DNA of 64,000 bases from an uncultured delta proteobacterium (GCA_963807225.1 CAWEAD010000005.1:326893-390892); one strand, 5' to 3'. Positions 8,569 through 18,135 are shown, counted from the stretch's first letter. Notes: generated by a model from the sequence alone, not told the origin. Numbers and translations: made by a program.

Positions 8569-10077
8569 ATGATCTCCCTTCGCTTTCTGACCATAGCCCT
8601 GCTCCTATTGTCGCCGTTAATTTGCGGTTCGGCACGTAATCAGCCGGAATCGTTGACAGCAACTGTCCGTACGGCAGAAGTCGAAGGCACCACAGCCCAG
8701 GCTTTAACGACGCAGGATTCACCAACGTCCGGTTGCCTCACCTGCCACCACTATGAGCTGGCCAGCCACAACCAGCTCTCCTGCGTCGCATGCCATAACG
8801 GAAATGACCAGGCCGCCACCAGGGAAGTGGCCCATATCGGCCTGAACCCGACCCCGGCGGCGCCCGATCGGATGCAAGAAAAATGCGGCCCCTGCCATCC
8901 CCGACAAACCACGGGCATCAATAAGAGCCGCCACTTCACTCTGAGCGGCGAAGTTAATCCGGTAAGACGCCACTTCGGAGCCGATCAGGACCTGGCCTCA
9001 GCCCTGGAGATCCAGCCCAGCGCTGCTCCGTCCACCCCTCTGGAACTGGCCGATGACCTGTTGCGTCGCCGATGTCTCCGCTGTCATGTTTTCTACCAGG
9101 GCGACGATTATGGCGAGACCAGGCACGGCATTGGCTGCGCCGCCTGCCACCTGGACTACCGGGACGGCAAGCTGGTCTCCCACCGTTTCCTGGGTGTACC
9201 CGACGACCGCCGCTGCCTGGCCTGCCATTACGGCAACCGGGTGGGCGGAGATTACTACGGTTTCTTCGAACACGACCTCAAATATGATTACCGCACCCCC
9301 TTCCAGATTGACGGCTCTTACCCGGCAAGGCCCTATAGTGTGGAAGAGCATCGGCTTCAACCCGATATCCACCGCCAGGCAGGCCTGAGTTGCCTGGACT
9401 GCCATGGCGGGCTGCACCAGGGCGCGGCCACGACTATCTCTTGCGCCACCTGCCACTCCTGGAGCCCCGGACAACCTTTGCCGTCCAGCAATTTGCTGGA
9501 AAAGGATGGTCAGCTGCAATTAAAACTCTTGGCGAAGGATCGTTTATTGCCGGTTCCCCGCGCCACTGATCCGGCCCACGACCGCTTCGGCAGCGAGGTC
9601 GATTGTGCCGTCTGCCATGCCCAATGGAGCTACAACGACCGGGCTACTCACCTGTTGCGGATCGATGTCGAAGATTATCAGGATTGGTCCGATCTGATCG
9701 TCCAAGGCAGTTCCGAAGTGGAAAGCTCGCTACTTAACGGTCTCTACGGTGACCAGGAAGAGGCGCCGGGCATGACCGACAAGTTCACCGGTGCCAGACG
9801 CCTCGGCCTATGGCTCAAAACTTATGAAATGCGACGTTGGGAGAACCCGCCTCTTGGTCGGGACGGCCGGGGCCGACTGCGGGTCCTGCGCCCCAGTCTC
9901 GATCTGCATCTATCCTGGGTTGACGAGCAGGGCCAAACCGTGTTTGATTCCATAAACGGGCCGGAATCGGGGATGCGGCCCTACACCCCCCATACGATCG
10001 GCAAGGCCGGGACTTTCTATCGCCAAAGGCTGCAAGGGTTCATCCCGGAGGCCAAGCTCGAGACCAGCGGAAAATGA
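8569..10077 (+). CDS. secreted nine-heme c-type cytochrome
   Basis: 502 aa with Sec signal MISLRFLTIALLLLSPLICGSA. Nine CxxCH motifs (CLTCH, CVACH, CGPCH, CLRCH, CAACH, CLACH, CLDCH, CATCH, CAVCH). The heme-free C-terminal ~150 aa are of unknown fold. Confidence 0.85.
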   Translation: MISLRFLTIALLLLSPLICGSARNQPESLTATVRTAEVEGTTAQALTTQDSPTSGCLTCHHYELASHNQLSCVACHNGNDQAATREVAHIGLNPTPAAPDRMQEKCGPCHPRQTTGINKSRHFTLSGEVNPVRRHFGADQDLASALEIQPSAAPSTPLELADDLLRRRCLRCHVFYQGDDYGETRHGIGCAACHLDYRDGKLVSHRFLGVPDDRRCLACHYGNRVGGDYYGFFEHDLKYDYRTPFQIDGSYPARPYSVEEHRLQPDIHRQAGLSCLDCHGGLHQGAATTISCATCHSWSPGQPLPSSNLLEKDGQLQLKLLAKDRLLPVPRATDPAHDRFGSEVDCAVCHAQWSYNDRATHLLRIDVEDYQDWSDLIVQGSSEVESSLLNGLYGDQEEAPGMTDKFTGARRLGLWLKTYEMRRWENPPLGRDGRGRLRVLRPSLDLHLSWVDEQGQTVFDSINGPESGMRPYTPHTIGKAGTFYRQRLQGFIPEAKLETSGK

Positions 10078-10890
10078 GCAATAATCTGACCAGAAATCTG
10101 CCTCTCCTGTTCCTGTCGGTTGTCCTGCTGGTCGGGTGTGCGAGCAGAAGCGCGGTGCTCATCACCACCGACCGGGAGCAGCCCAAGAAAAGGGTCGAAG
10201 CACCATATAAAAAAGTTCCGAAAAGCGCTCAGATCCACCCTACCCAGAAACCCTACCAGATCAATGGCAAGACTTATTACCCGCTGCCTTCGGCCCAAGG
10301 TTTCGAGGAAGTCGGTGTTGCCTCCTGGTACGGCGCCGATTTCCATGGCAGGAAGACTTCCAACGGCGAGACTTACAACATGCACGGCCTGACCGCCGCC
10401 CACAAGGTCCTGCCCATGGACACCTGGCTCCTGGTTACCAACCAGGAGAACGGCAAGGAGATCACGGTAAGGGTCAACGATCGAGGGCCCTTCGCCAAGG
10501 AACGGATCATCGACCTGACCAAAACCGGGGCGAAAAATCTCGGCTTTCTGGATCAGGGCACGGCCCGGGTCAAGATTACCGCCCTCGGCGAGGCCGAGAC
10601 CTACCGTTACGGCGGGGTAACTACCGAACGTTTCAAGACCCACCCGGATTTCCAGAGCGGCGAGTTTTACGTGCAGATCGGCTCATTCACCGTGGAGGAC
10701 AATGCCCGCCGACTCAAGGAGCAGATGCTGGCCTGGGGCCGCAAGGCGGTGATCCGCAAATTCAATCGTCGGCGACCAGAATTTTTTTCGAGTTCAAGTC
10801 CGGGCCGGACACAACTTGCCCGCGGCTCGGGAAGTCGAGCAAGCTCTGGAGGAATCGGGCTTCCCCGGAGCTTTTGTCGTCGCCCAGTAA
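10074..10890 (+). CDS. rlpA: RlpA-like lipoprotein (DPBB + SPOR), reading frame interrupted as given (span = 3n+1 nt)
   Basis: Lipobox LLVGC. DPBB core VGVASWYGADFHGRKTSNGETYNMHGLTAAHKVLPMDTWLLVTN...VRVNDRGPF. The SPOR domain starts FYVQIGSF and finishes only in the +1 frame (FFRVQVRAGHNLPAAREVEQALEESGFPGAFVVAQ*, stop 10888-10890). The ATG overlaps the cytochrome stop (ATGA). Confidence 0.8.
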
Positions 10891-11272
10891 GCTCCATCCC
10901 CAGACATCTACAACTTCTTCGGGCGGCATCGTTGGAATGCCGACGCTTGATGCCAGCTGATTCAATATCGCCATCATCGACCATCACTCCAATCAGAACG
11001 AAACCACCTACCTCCTAACCATATGCAACGAACCTGCCCGGCCGAACCGCCAATGGTTATGGCTATTAACCTTAAGGGGGAAATTCGTGATTGTTGCTGA
11101 TAAGGTGCCTGTGTCAGAGGAGGGTCAAGCAAAGATCAGCCCTCTTTTCTTTGCGAAAAATTTCCTGGTGAACTACCTAAATTGAGGACGAAAGGCAACC
11201 TGGCGGAAGCCGACGCCGGCCCTGGCTCGGAAGGGGGAAAATATTCTCTGTTTCATGCTGATGACGGCTTAC

Positions 11273-13240
11273 TTATTGTAGGAACTTCCAGCCAATCAAA
11301 ACCAGACAGACAGCGCCGAGGGCCAGCATGAGGAATCCCAGGAGACGCGAAAACAGATCCGCCCAGACCCCAGGATATTTGCGCTCGTAGGTCCGAAAAG
11401 TCCCGTTTTTGATCAGCCGCTTGACCTGCAAGGAATGGTCCTCCATGAGCTGGTACTGGGGGAGCCGACCCGTGAAGATCACCGTGTTCAGCGGGAAATT
11501 GCGGGGCCGCAAGTGGTTGTTGAAGAAGTGCACGGTGAAAATAAAACCCAAGGCGAGGAGGGCCTCGTCGGAATGGAGAATGACGGCCACGTTGACGATC
11601 CAGCCAGGCAGGAACCTGGTAAAGAACACTGGAAACCAGCGGATCATGCCCGAGGTGCCGATGATCAGCATGCCCCAAAACACCGCGAAAAAGTCGAATT
11701 TTTCCCAATAGCTCCAGCGATCGAACTCGGGCCGCGGGCCCCGGTCGACGAACCATTTCAGCATGGCACGGAGGTCCTGGAAATCCCGGAGCCGGGGAAA
11801 CAGCGAGTCGGGGCCGAAGAGCCTTTGCCGGAAACCGGGGCGACCGGGAATCTTTTTCAGCAAGAGAAAATAGAGAATGTAGGCGACTGACGACGTGAAT
11901 CCCGCAATCATGATCAAAGCGAAGATCCGGTGGATAATACCCCGAACGGGGAAGCCCCCGAAGAAACGCATCATCGCCGCCGCCCAGGTGGCTCTGGGGA
12001 AGGCCAGGGGTAGGCCGGTCAGGACCAGGCCCATAAATGAGAAAAGCAGCATGAAGTGAAGAACCCGGTCAAACAGGCTGAACCGGCGAAAGGTCTGCCC
12101 GGTCGGACTCGCCTCCGGAATGAATGACTCCGGATTGAAGTGGCCCTCGGACTTCCGGCGCCAGCTCATCCAGAAATCCTTACGCCAGAAGAGAAAGGTA
12201 TGGAGCCAGAAGAAGCCGAACACCGAAAAGAGCAAACCGTGCATGAACATGTAGGGCCAGAAAACGGCCGGCCGCTTAGGGTTCCGATAATCGAGGTGCG
12301 GAATATACTGCACGAACCGCTCGTTGGCCCCCTGATGGCAGGCGCCGCAGGTTTTGACCAGGTTCAGGGGAGCGATGGCGGATTTCTGATCCTTGGCGGG
12401 CAGCACCTCGTGAGCGGTGTGGCAGTCCGAGCATCCCGCCACCAGGTTGGGGTAACCAAGCGCCTCAATCTCACCGTGGATCCCCTGGTAGTAGGTTTGG
12501 GTCACCAGGGGATCGACCCCGTTTCGCTTCATCTTCGCATAATTGGCATGACAAGCGGCACAGGCATCCGTGTGGAATCTCTTTGAGTCCATGCCCTTGG
12601 GCGCCTCGATGTGGTGAAGGCTTCGGTTTATGCCGTGACAATCCGTGCAGCCCGGGGCATCTGGGTTTCCCGCCAGGGCGGCCCTGCCGTGGACGCTGGC
12701 AGCGTAAGCGCTTCCTTCGTGGCAGGTTGCACAGATTTGGAGGATGTGCTTCTGATCGATCCTGACCGAGGTCATGCGGTGTATGGTACGGTGGCAATCG
12801 ATGCAGGAGAAGCCCTGTTGGCGGTGAACGCTGGCAGCGTAAGCCAGGGCCTGCTTGCCATGGCACCGGGAGCAATCGACCGGCTCGGCCTTGGCGTTTG
12901 GCCCCCCACCCTCCATTTTTTTCACATGGAGATCGATTCGCTTGATCTCCCAGTGGCAGCTGTTGCAGGAATTGGCGCCATGGGCAGACGCGGCATAGGT
13001 CTTGGCGTCGACTTGGGCCGCATGGCACTTCAGGCAAGACGCATTATCGATGAACTGGTAGTCGTAGGAATAGGGTTTACCCTTGATGAAAAACTGCTTC
13101 TTTATCTCCCGGGTCGTCGGCGCGGCTTTCTGTGTATGGGAGGAAGCTCCGACCTGTCCGGAAAACAGGACCGACGCTCCAATCAGGAGGACGGCTTGGA
13201 AGGCCAAGAAACGGAGAACTGGGGAGCGCATATCACCCAT
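11273..13240 (-). CDS. CbcL-like fusion: periplasmic nine-heme cytochrome c domain + integral-membrane diheme cytochrome b (FdnI/HydC-like) domain
   Basis: 655 aa with a signal peptide. Nine CxxCH motifs in aa 60-330 (CLKCH, CNSCH, CSRCH, CIDCH, CATCH, CTDCH, CAACH, CSDCH, CGACH). About 6 TM helices follow, with conserved His (LHT, LHF, IHR, LHSDE, VHFFNNH). Confidence 0.8.
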   Translation of the reverse strand: MGDMRSPVLRFLAFQAVLLIGASVLFSGQVGASSHTQKAAPTTREIKKQFFIKGKPYSYDYQFIDNASCLKCHAAQVDAKTYAASAHGANSCNSCHWEIKRIDLHVKKMEGGGPNAKAEPVDCSRCHGKQALAYAASVHRQQGFSCIDCHRTIHRMTSVRIDQKHILQICATCHEGSAYAASVHGRAALAGNPDAPGCTDCHGINRSLHHIEAPKGMDSKRFHTDACAACHANYAKMKRNGVDPLVTQTYYQGIHGEIEALGYPNLVAGCSDCHTAHEVLPAKDQKSAIAPLNLVKTCGACHQGANERFVQYIPHLDYRNPKRPAVFWPYMFMHGLLFSVFGFFWLHTFLFWRKDFWMSWRRKSEGHFNPESFIPEASPTGQTFRRFSLFDRVLHFMLLFSFMGLVLTGLPLAFPRATWAAAMMRFFGGFPVRGIIHRIFALIMIAGFTSSVAYILYFLLLKKIPGRPGFRQRLFGPDSLFPRLRDFQDLRAMLKWFVDRGPRPEFDRWSYWEKFDFFAVFWGMLIIGTSGMIRWFPVFFTRFLPGWIVNVAVILHSDEALLALGFIFTVHFFNNHLRPRNFPLNTVIFTGRLPQYQLMEDHSLQVKRLIKNGTFRTYERKYPGVWADLFSRLLGFLMLALGAVCLVLIGWKFLQ

Positions 13241-13504
13241 GTTTGTGATAAGAAATCGCTATAATTTATTGGGCCTTTTTGCGAATCCGCCCACTTATCG
13301 GAACTCAATCGTCCCGGTTATTCTCATTAAATTGGCTTAAGGGAACGACTGTCAACGTTTAATCAAAAATCTCTCCCTTTCTCCAAAGATTTGTGACAAC
13401 CCAAGCCCCTATAACATTGCGCTAACCTTAATACGCCTGAGATTTACCTGATCCCGGCCCCCGTCAATGCGAGGCAAGGAAGGCGAGATATGTGGTCGAA
13501 AGCA

Positions 13505-13545
13505 ATAAAAAAGCCGCTGGTCCCTCACGGGATCTGCGGCTTTTG
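13505..13545 (-). terminator. rho-independent terminator after purH
   Basis: Minus-sense AAAGCCGCAGATCCC-GTGA-GGGACCAGCGGCTTTTTTATT: GC-rich stem followed by a T run. Confidence 0.55.
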
Positions 13546-13568
13546 GGAAATGCGTGGACGAGATCGGC

Positions 13569-14858
13569 TTAGTGTTTAAATGAGCGCTGTCCGGTGTACT
13601 TCATCGCCACTTGGGGAACGGCCTCGTTGCAGGCCTCGATGGTTTCGAAATCACGGGCCGAACCGCCGGCCTGGAGGATAGCCGAAATCCCTTGACTGAT
13701 ACCGACATCGGCCCCGTCACGGAAAGGAAAGAAGGCATCGGAGATCATCACCGACCCGGGCAGGCCGGCTCGGTCCGCCAGGGTCTTGGCTTCGATTTCT
13801 TCCTGGTCGCCATTGCTTCTTTTGCCCTTTTTGATTTCCAGCTTCAGGTCGCCATAGGGAATGCCGAATCTGTCAAAACAAACGATGTCGGCATACTTGA
13901 TATAGGCCTTGTGAACGGCGATTTCAGCTACCCCGACCCGATCCTGTTCCCCGGTGCCGATCCCCACCGTACAGCCATCCTTGACATAGATCACCGAATT
14001 GGAGGTCACCCCGTGTTCCACGGCCCAACCGAAAATCATATCGGAGATCTCCCGCGCGGTTGGCTCCCGCTCCACCTTGTACTCCTTGCCTTTGAACATG
14101 GTCACCGCCGGCTTAAGATCGGCACTGGAACGAATCGAATTGACCGCCGACTGCTGGACGATGAGACCGCCGTCAATCAAACTCTTGAAATCAACGTACC
14201 GGAATTTTTCAAACTCGGCCAACCGGTCGATGCGACTGATCTTGATAATGCGCAGGTTTTTTCGACTCTTCAACAATTCCAGGGCGGCTCCCTCGAAGTC
14301 CGGGGCACAAACTACCTCCAGATAGTTGGTGCCGATCATTTCGGCGGTGGCCCGGTCGCAGGTCCGGTTTAAGATCAAGGCTCCACCGAAAGCGGCGATC
14401 CGATCACAACGATTGGCCCGGTTGTATGCCTCGGCCAGGGTGCTGCCGATAGCGGCGCCGCAGGGATTGTTATGCTTGAGGATGACCGCGGCCGGCCGGT
14501 CCATCAGGTACTTGATGATATTTAGACCATTATCGACATCGGTAAGATTAATCTTGCCCGGGTGCTTACCGACCTGCAGCATATCCCCAACTTTGATCCC
14601 GGACACCAGCCCATTCCCGGGAGCGATGAATTCGACCCCACCAAGGGTCAGATTACCATTGACCAGCTCATAGAGCGCCGCTTCCTGGTCGGGATTCTCG
14701 CCGTAGCGGATGCCACGCTCGTCCACCGTGCCGTCCTCCTGGGGGATGGCCCAGGTCCGCTTGCGGTAGACCAGGGTCTGCTCGCCGAAGGAGATCTTCA
14801 TCTCCAGCGGGAAATGATCCCCCAGGATCGTAGAATACATTTTTTTGATATCGCTCAT
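13569..14858 (-). CDS. purH: AICAR formyltransferase (PurH AICARFT domain only, no MGS-like IMP cyclohydrolase domain)
   Basis: 429 aa; IRYGENPDQEAALY, KHNNPCGAA, SDAFFPFRDG, GGSARD motifs. SD GGGAGGAGA before the ATG. Confidence 0.85.
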   Translation of the reverse strand: MSDIKKMYSTILGDHFPLEMKISFGEQTLVYRKRTWAIPQEDGTVDERGIRYGENPDQEAALYELVNGNLTLGGVEFIAPGNGLVSGIKVGDMLQVGKHPGKINLTDVDNGLNIIKYLMDRPAAVILKHNNPCGAAIGSTLAEAYNRANRCDRIAAFGGALILNRTCDRATAEMIGTNYLEVVCAPDFEGAALELLKSRKNLRIIKISRIDRLAEFEKFRYVDFKSLIDGGLIVQQSAVNSIRSSADLKPAVTMFKGKEYKVEREPTAREISDMIFGWAVEHGVTSNSVIYVKDGCTVGIGTGEQDRVGVAEIAVHKAYIKYADIVCFDRFGIPYGDLKLEIKKGKRSNGDQEEIEAKTLADRAGLPGSVMISDAFFPFRDGADVGISQGISAILQAGGSARDFETIEACNEAVPQVAMKYTGQRSFKH

Positions 14859-14936
14859 CAGTCTCCTCCCTCTGATTATTTGGGCATATCCGAACTTATT
14901 GGACTTTTTCGCGGTAAATACTGCAGGTGCCTGAAA

Positions 14937-16118
14937 TCAGGCGGCAACCCGGGTTGCGCCGTTAAAGTTCTGAAAAATTGCATCCCAATCTTTGAGGACT
15001 GGATCATGACCCTTTTCCCTCAGAACTTGACTGACTTCGGCCACCGAACGCTGATCGCCGATGGTGAACTGCTCTCCCTCACTCTCCGGTTCTCCGTAGC
15101 CACCCGGGGCAGTACAGGAACCAGCCGAATAACGAGTCGGACCCAGCCCGATCATACCATCCCGAAAACGGGCCTCTTCCCTGGTGGAGAGCAATAGCCC
15201 CAAGTCTTCATCGAAGATCCGCAGAGCGAATAACAGATGGGCCAGGTCTCGTTCACTGACCGCTGTCAGAGGGGCAAAACCACCAGCCGCCGGCCGCAGC
15301 CGCGGAAAAGAAACGGTTAAACCGGTGCGCCAGTAATGCCGGCGTAACCAGGCCAAGTGCAGTCCCAGGGCCAATCCCTCCAGGCGCCAGTCAGCCAAGC
15401 CCAACAAGGCACCAATCCCCACCTCGCGCATCCCGGCCGCCGCCGCCCGGGCCGGCGTGGCCAGTCGATAAGCCATGTCGGTCTTGGGACCAGCCCGATG
15501 CACTCGGGCATAGACCCCGGCATCATATGTTTCCTGATAAACCGCCACCGCCACGATCCCGGCCCGGAAGAGCCGCCGATAATTCTCTTCAGACAAAGGT
15601 TGAATCTCGATGGAGAGAGAAGCGAAGCGGTGGCGCAGTCGGCCGGCCAGTTCGACCAGATAATCCACATCGAGTCTGGTAGGGGCTTCGCCAGAGACCA
15701 GGAGGATATGACCGAAACCACGATCGGCCAGGATCTTGGCCTCAAGTTCGGCCTCATCCAGGCTCAAGACCCGGCGTACGATCTTATTTTCGGCGGAAAA
15801 ACCGCAATACTGGCAACGGTTCGCACAATAATTTGAGAGGTAGAGCGGGGCGTAAAGCTGCATGACTCGACCGAAACGGCGCCGGGTCAGATCGGCGGAA
15901 CTGGCTGCCAGCTGCGGAAGGAATTGGTCCGCCGCCGGAGACAGAAGCACGGCCAGGTCGTTACAGGTCAGATTCTTTTTTCTTAAGACCGCCGAAACTT
16001 CGGCTGGCTGGCAATTGTAGACCAGTGGGCGCAAGTCAGCAAAATCCGGCCCGATAAAATGCTCATCATGGTTGAAATCTAGTTGGGAAGAATCGGAGGT
16101 TGCAATAGTTGTTTGCAT
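14937..16118 (-). CDS. thiH: 2-iminoacetate synthase ThiH (radical SAM)
   Basis: Trimmed to the ATG at 16118 (MQTTIATS). Radical SAM CANRCQYCGF. Follows thiG in a thi operon. Confidence 0.9.
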   Translation of the reverse strand: MQTTIATSDSSQLDFNHDEHFIGPDFADLRPLVYNCQPAEVSAVLRKKNLTCNDLAVLLSPAADQFLPQLAASSADLTRRRFGRVMQLYAPLYLSNYCANRCQYCGFSAENKIVRRVLSLDEAELEAKILADRGFGHILLVSGEAPTRLDVDYLVELAGRLRHRFASLSIEIQPLSEENYRRLFRAGIVAVAVYQETYDAGVYARVHRAGPKTDMAYRLATPARAAAAGMREVGIGALLGLADWRLEGLALGLHLAWLRRHYWRTGLTVSFPRLRPAAGGFAPLTAVSERDLAHLLFALRIFDEDLGLLLSTREEARFRDGMIGLGPTRYSAGSCTAPGGYGEPESEGEQFTIGDQRSVAEVSQVLREKGHDPVLKDWDAIFQNFNGATRVAA

Positions 16119-16134
16119 GGGCAGAATCTCAATT

Positions 16135-16902
16135 TTACTGCAGAAAACCCAGGCCGTTCTCCGGCGAGGAGGCTTCAGCCGAGTCCGACCTGCGCCCGGC
16201 TCCGGCCTCGTAAGCCTCGCGCCCCGCCTCGACTGCCAGGGCAAAGGCTCGGGCCATGCGGACCGGGTCCCCGGCTACGGCAATGGCGGTATTGACCAGA
16301 ACTCCATCGGCCCCGATCTCCATGGCTTCGGCAGCATGTGAGGGTAGCCCCAAGCCGGCGTCGACTATCACCGGAACCCGCGCCTGTTCGATAATTATCC
16401 GAACCTGAAAGCGGGTTAGCAACCCCTGGTTGGTGCCAATGGGCGCACCCAGAGGCATTACCGCCGCTGCCCCGACATCCTGAAGTTTAAGGGCCAGGAT
16501 CGGATCGGCATTGATGTAGGGCAGCACCTTGAAACCGTCAGCAACCAGAATCTCGGTGGCCCGCAAGGTCTCCACCGGGTCTGGCAGCAAGGTACGGGGA
16601 TCTGGGGTGACTTCGAGCTTCAACCAGTCCCCGCCCCCTGCGGCCCTGGCCATCCTTGCCAGTCGCACCGCCTCATCTGAATCCCTGGCCCCGGAGGTAT
16701 TGGGCAGGAAGAGGTAACGCTTCCGATCCAAAACCTGCATAATGTCGTCTGCCGGATCATCCAGGTTGATCCGGCGCAAGGCCACGGTAACCATCTCGCT
16801 GCCGGAGGCCTCAAGCGCCGCCTTCATGACTTGGGCCGAGGAGAACTTACCGGTCCCGACCAAGAGCCGGGACCGTAACGTATGGCCAGCGATGGTCAAC
16901 AT
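16135..16902 (-). CDS. thiG: thiazole synthase
   Basis: [20 protein letters not shown]...LPNTSGA...[13 protein letters not shown] are ThiG signatures. The ATG at 16902 overlaps the thiS TGA; the ORF track starts at a TTG one codon upstream. Confidence 0.95.
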   Translation of the reverse strand: MLTIAGHTLRSRLLVGTGKFSSAQVMKAALEASGSEMVTVALRRINLDDPADDIMQVLDRKRYLFLPNTSGARDSDEAVRLARMARAAGGGDWLKLEVTPDPRTLLPDPVETLRATEILVADGFKVLPYINADPILALKLQDVGAAAVMPLGAPIGTNQGLLTRFQVRIIIEQARVPVIVDAGLGLPSHAAEAMEIGADGVLVNTAIAVAGDPVRMARAFALAVEAGREAYEAGAGRRSDSAEASSPENGLGFLQ

Positions 16903-17102
16903 CAACCACCCCCCACGAATCTGATCAATTCCACTTTCGTTCTATCCTCAAGTATTCTGGTGGCATACTCTTCCCGAAAGGCGACCCGGCCATCACACTC
17001 AGCCACCACCGTGTCGGGATTTAGATCAAGCTCCTGTATCAGCTCTTCCAGGCTCATACCGTCACGAACAGTCATTGGTTTACCGTTGCAGAAAATTGTC
17101 AT
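16902..17102 (-). CDS. thiS: sulfur carrier protein ThiS
   Basis: 66 aa beta-grasp-like sequence ending ...RFVGGG. Sits between thiF and thiG. Confidence 0.9.
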   Translation of the reverse strand: MTIFCNGKPMTVRDGMSLEELIQELDLNPDTVVAECDGRVAFREEYATRILEDRTKVELIRFVGGG

Positions 17103-17120
17103 AGCAACTCAGAAATAATT

Positions 17121-17924
17121 TCAAGATTCGACAACCCGCAGCAACAGCCGCAGGACCTGATTGGCTTGATGGTGCGCGGCAATCCCAACTCGGGGGGCCA
17201 TCAAACCCTGGCCTGGTTGGGCGGCTGCCTCTCCGTCTCCGACCAGATAAACTCCGGCACGAACCGGAGTAGTTCGAATCAGGTTATTTTCACCGTAACC
17301 GGCTACACCGGAGGCGCCGACAAAAGGCTTGCCCTTGAGAGCAGTCAGAGCGCAACGGAGAGCTGCAGCCTTCATTTCGGCTCCATCGAAACATTCGACC
17401 AACACATCGACATCACGGAAAACCTTGGGGATGGATTCCTCAGTCAGGATCAGATCCCGGATCTCGATCTTGAGGTAGGGATTTACCCGGGCCAGATTTT
17501 CTCTCATCGCCTCGGTCTTTTTCATACCAATCTGGTCAATGAAATAACTCTGCCGGTTCAAATTGCTGGGATCAACCACGTCGAAATCCACCAGCAGCAG
17601 ACGCCCTACGCCAGTCCGGGCCAGTGCGAAGGCGACCATCGAACCAAGCCCTCCGAGCCCCATAATACCAACGGATGATTTTTTGACCAGATCATGGACA
17701 CCGGGGGTATGGCGGGCATACAACGATCTCTCCACCTCTTCGACTGTCGGTCTCTCTCCCCTGCAGATCAGCCAGCAACTATCACCATCGTTCAGGACGG
17801 TATCCCGGGTTACCGGAAAGCCGTTAACGATCAACAAATCGGCTGACGGTTTCAGTTCATCCGCCAATACTCCAACTGTCAACCCCGCTCTGAACAGGTG
17901 CGGTTCTTCATTAACCAGCAGCAT
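17121..17924 (-). CDS. thiF: ThiF-family adenylyltransferase with N-terminal ThiS-like extension
   Basis: 267 aa. E1-like nucleotide loop IMGLGGLGS, LLLVDFDVVDPSNLNRQ. The first ~60 aa (LLVNEEP...LIVNGFPV...LNDGDSCWLI) resemble ThiS but lack the terminal GG. Confidence 0.85.
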   Translation of the reverse strand: MLLVNEEPHLFRAGLTVGVLADELKPSADLLIVNGFPVTRDTVLNDGDSCWLICRGERPTVEEVERSLYARHTPGVHDLVKKSSVGIMGLGGLGSMVAFALARTGVGRLLLVDFDVVDPSNLNRQSYFIDQIGMKKTEAMRENLARVNPYLKIEIRDLILTEESIPKVFRDVDVLVECFDGAEMKAAALRCALTALKGKPFVGASGVAGYGENNLIRTTPVRAGVYLVGDGEAAAQPGQGLMAPRVGIAAHHQANQVLRLLLRVVES

Positions 17925-18077
17925 TTCCTATCTTCCACACTCGAAGCCTCGAATGGCCTCTTTGCTCATAATAAAGCTGAAAACTGGGTATGGATAAGCT
18001 TTTTAAGATAACTCGATTACCCTAGGGATGGTAGCCTTTTTTCGCCAAGAATGGCGGTTCGAATGGTAATGACGGGC

Positions 18078-18111
18078 AAAAAAAAAGCCGGCATGAAGAA
18101 TCATGCCGGCC
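18078..18111 (-). terminator. rho-independent terminator after rplQ (end of alpha operon)
   Basis: Minus-sense GGCCGGCATG-attcttc-CATGCCGGC followed by T9. Confidence 0.75.
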
Positions 18112-18135
18112 TAGATAATCCTTACAGGTGAGAAA

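Noticed and set aside
11087-11185. 32-aa GTG-initiated ORF (VIVADKVPVSEEGQAKISPLFFAKNFLVNYLN) after an AAGGGGG SD-like sequence, between rlpA and the CbcL-like gene.
   Set aside because: It is too short and featureless to support without conservation or expression data.
17925-18077. Possible TPP riboswitch upstream of thiF.
   Set aside because: I could not find the conserved CUGAGA or ACCUGAUCUGGAUAAUGCCAGCG elements on the minus strand. Left as a question for an Rfam scan rather than a feature.
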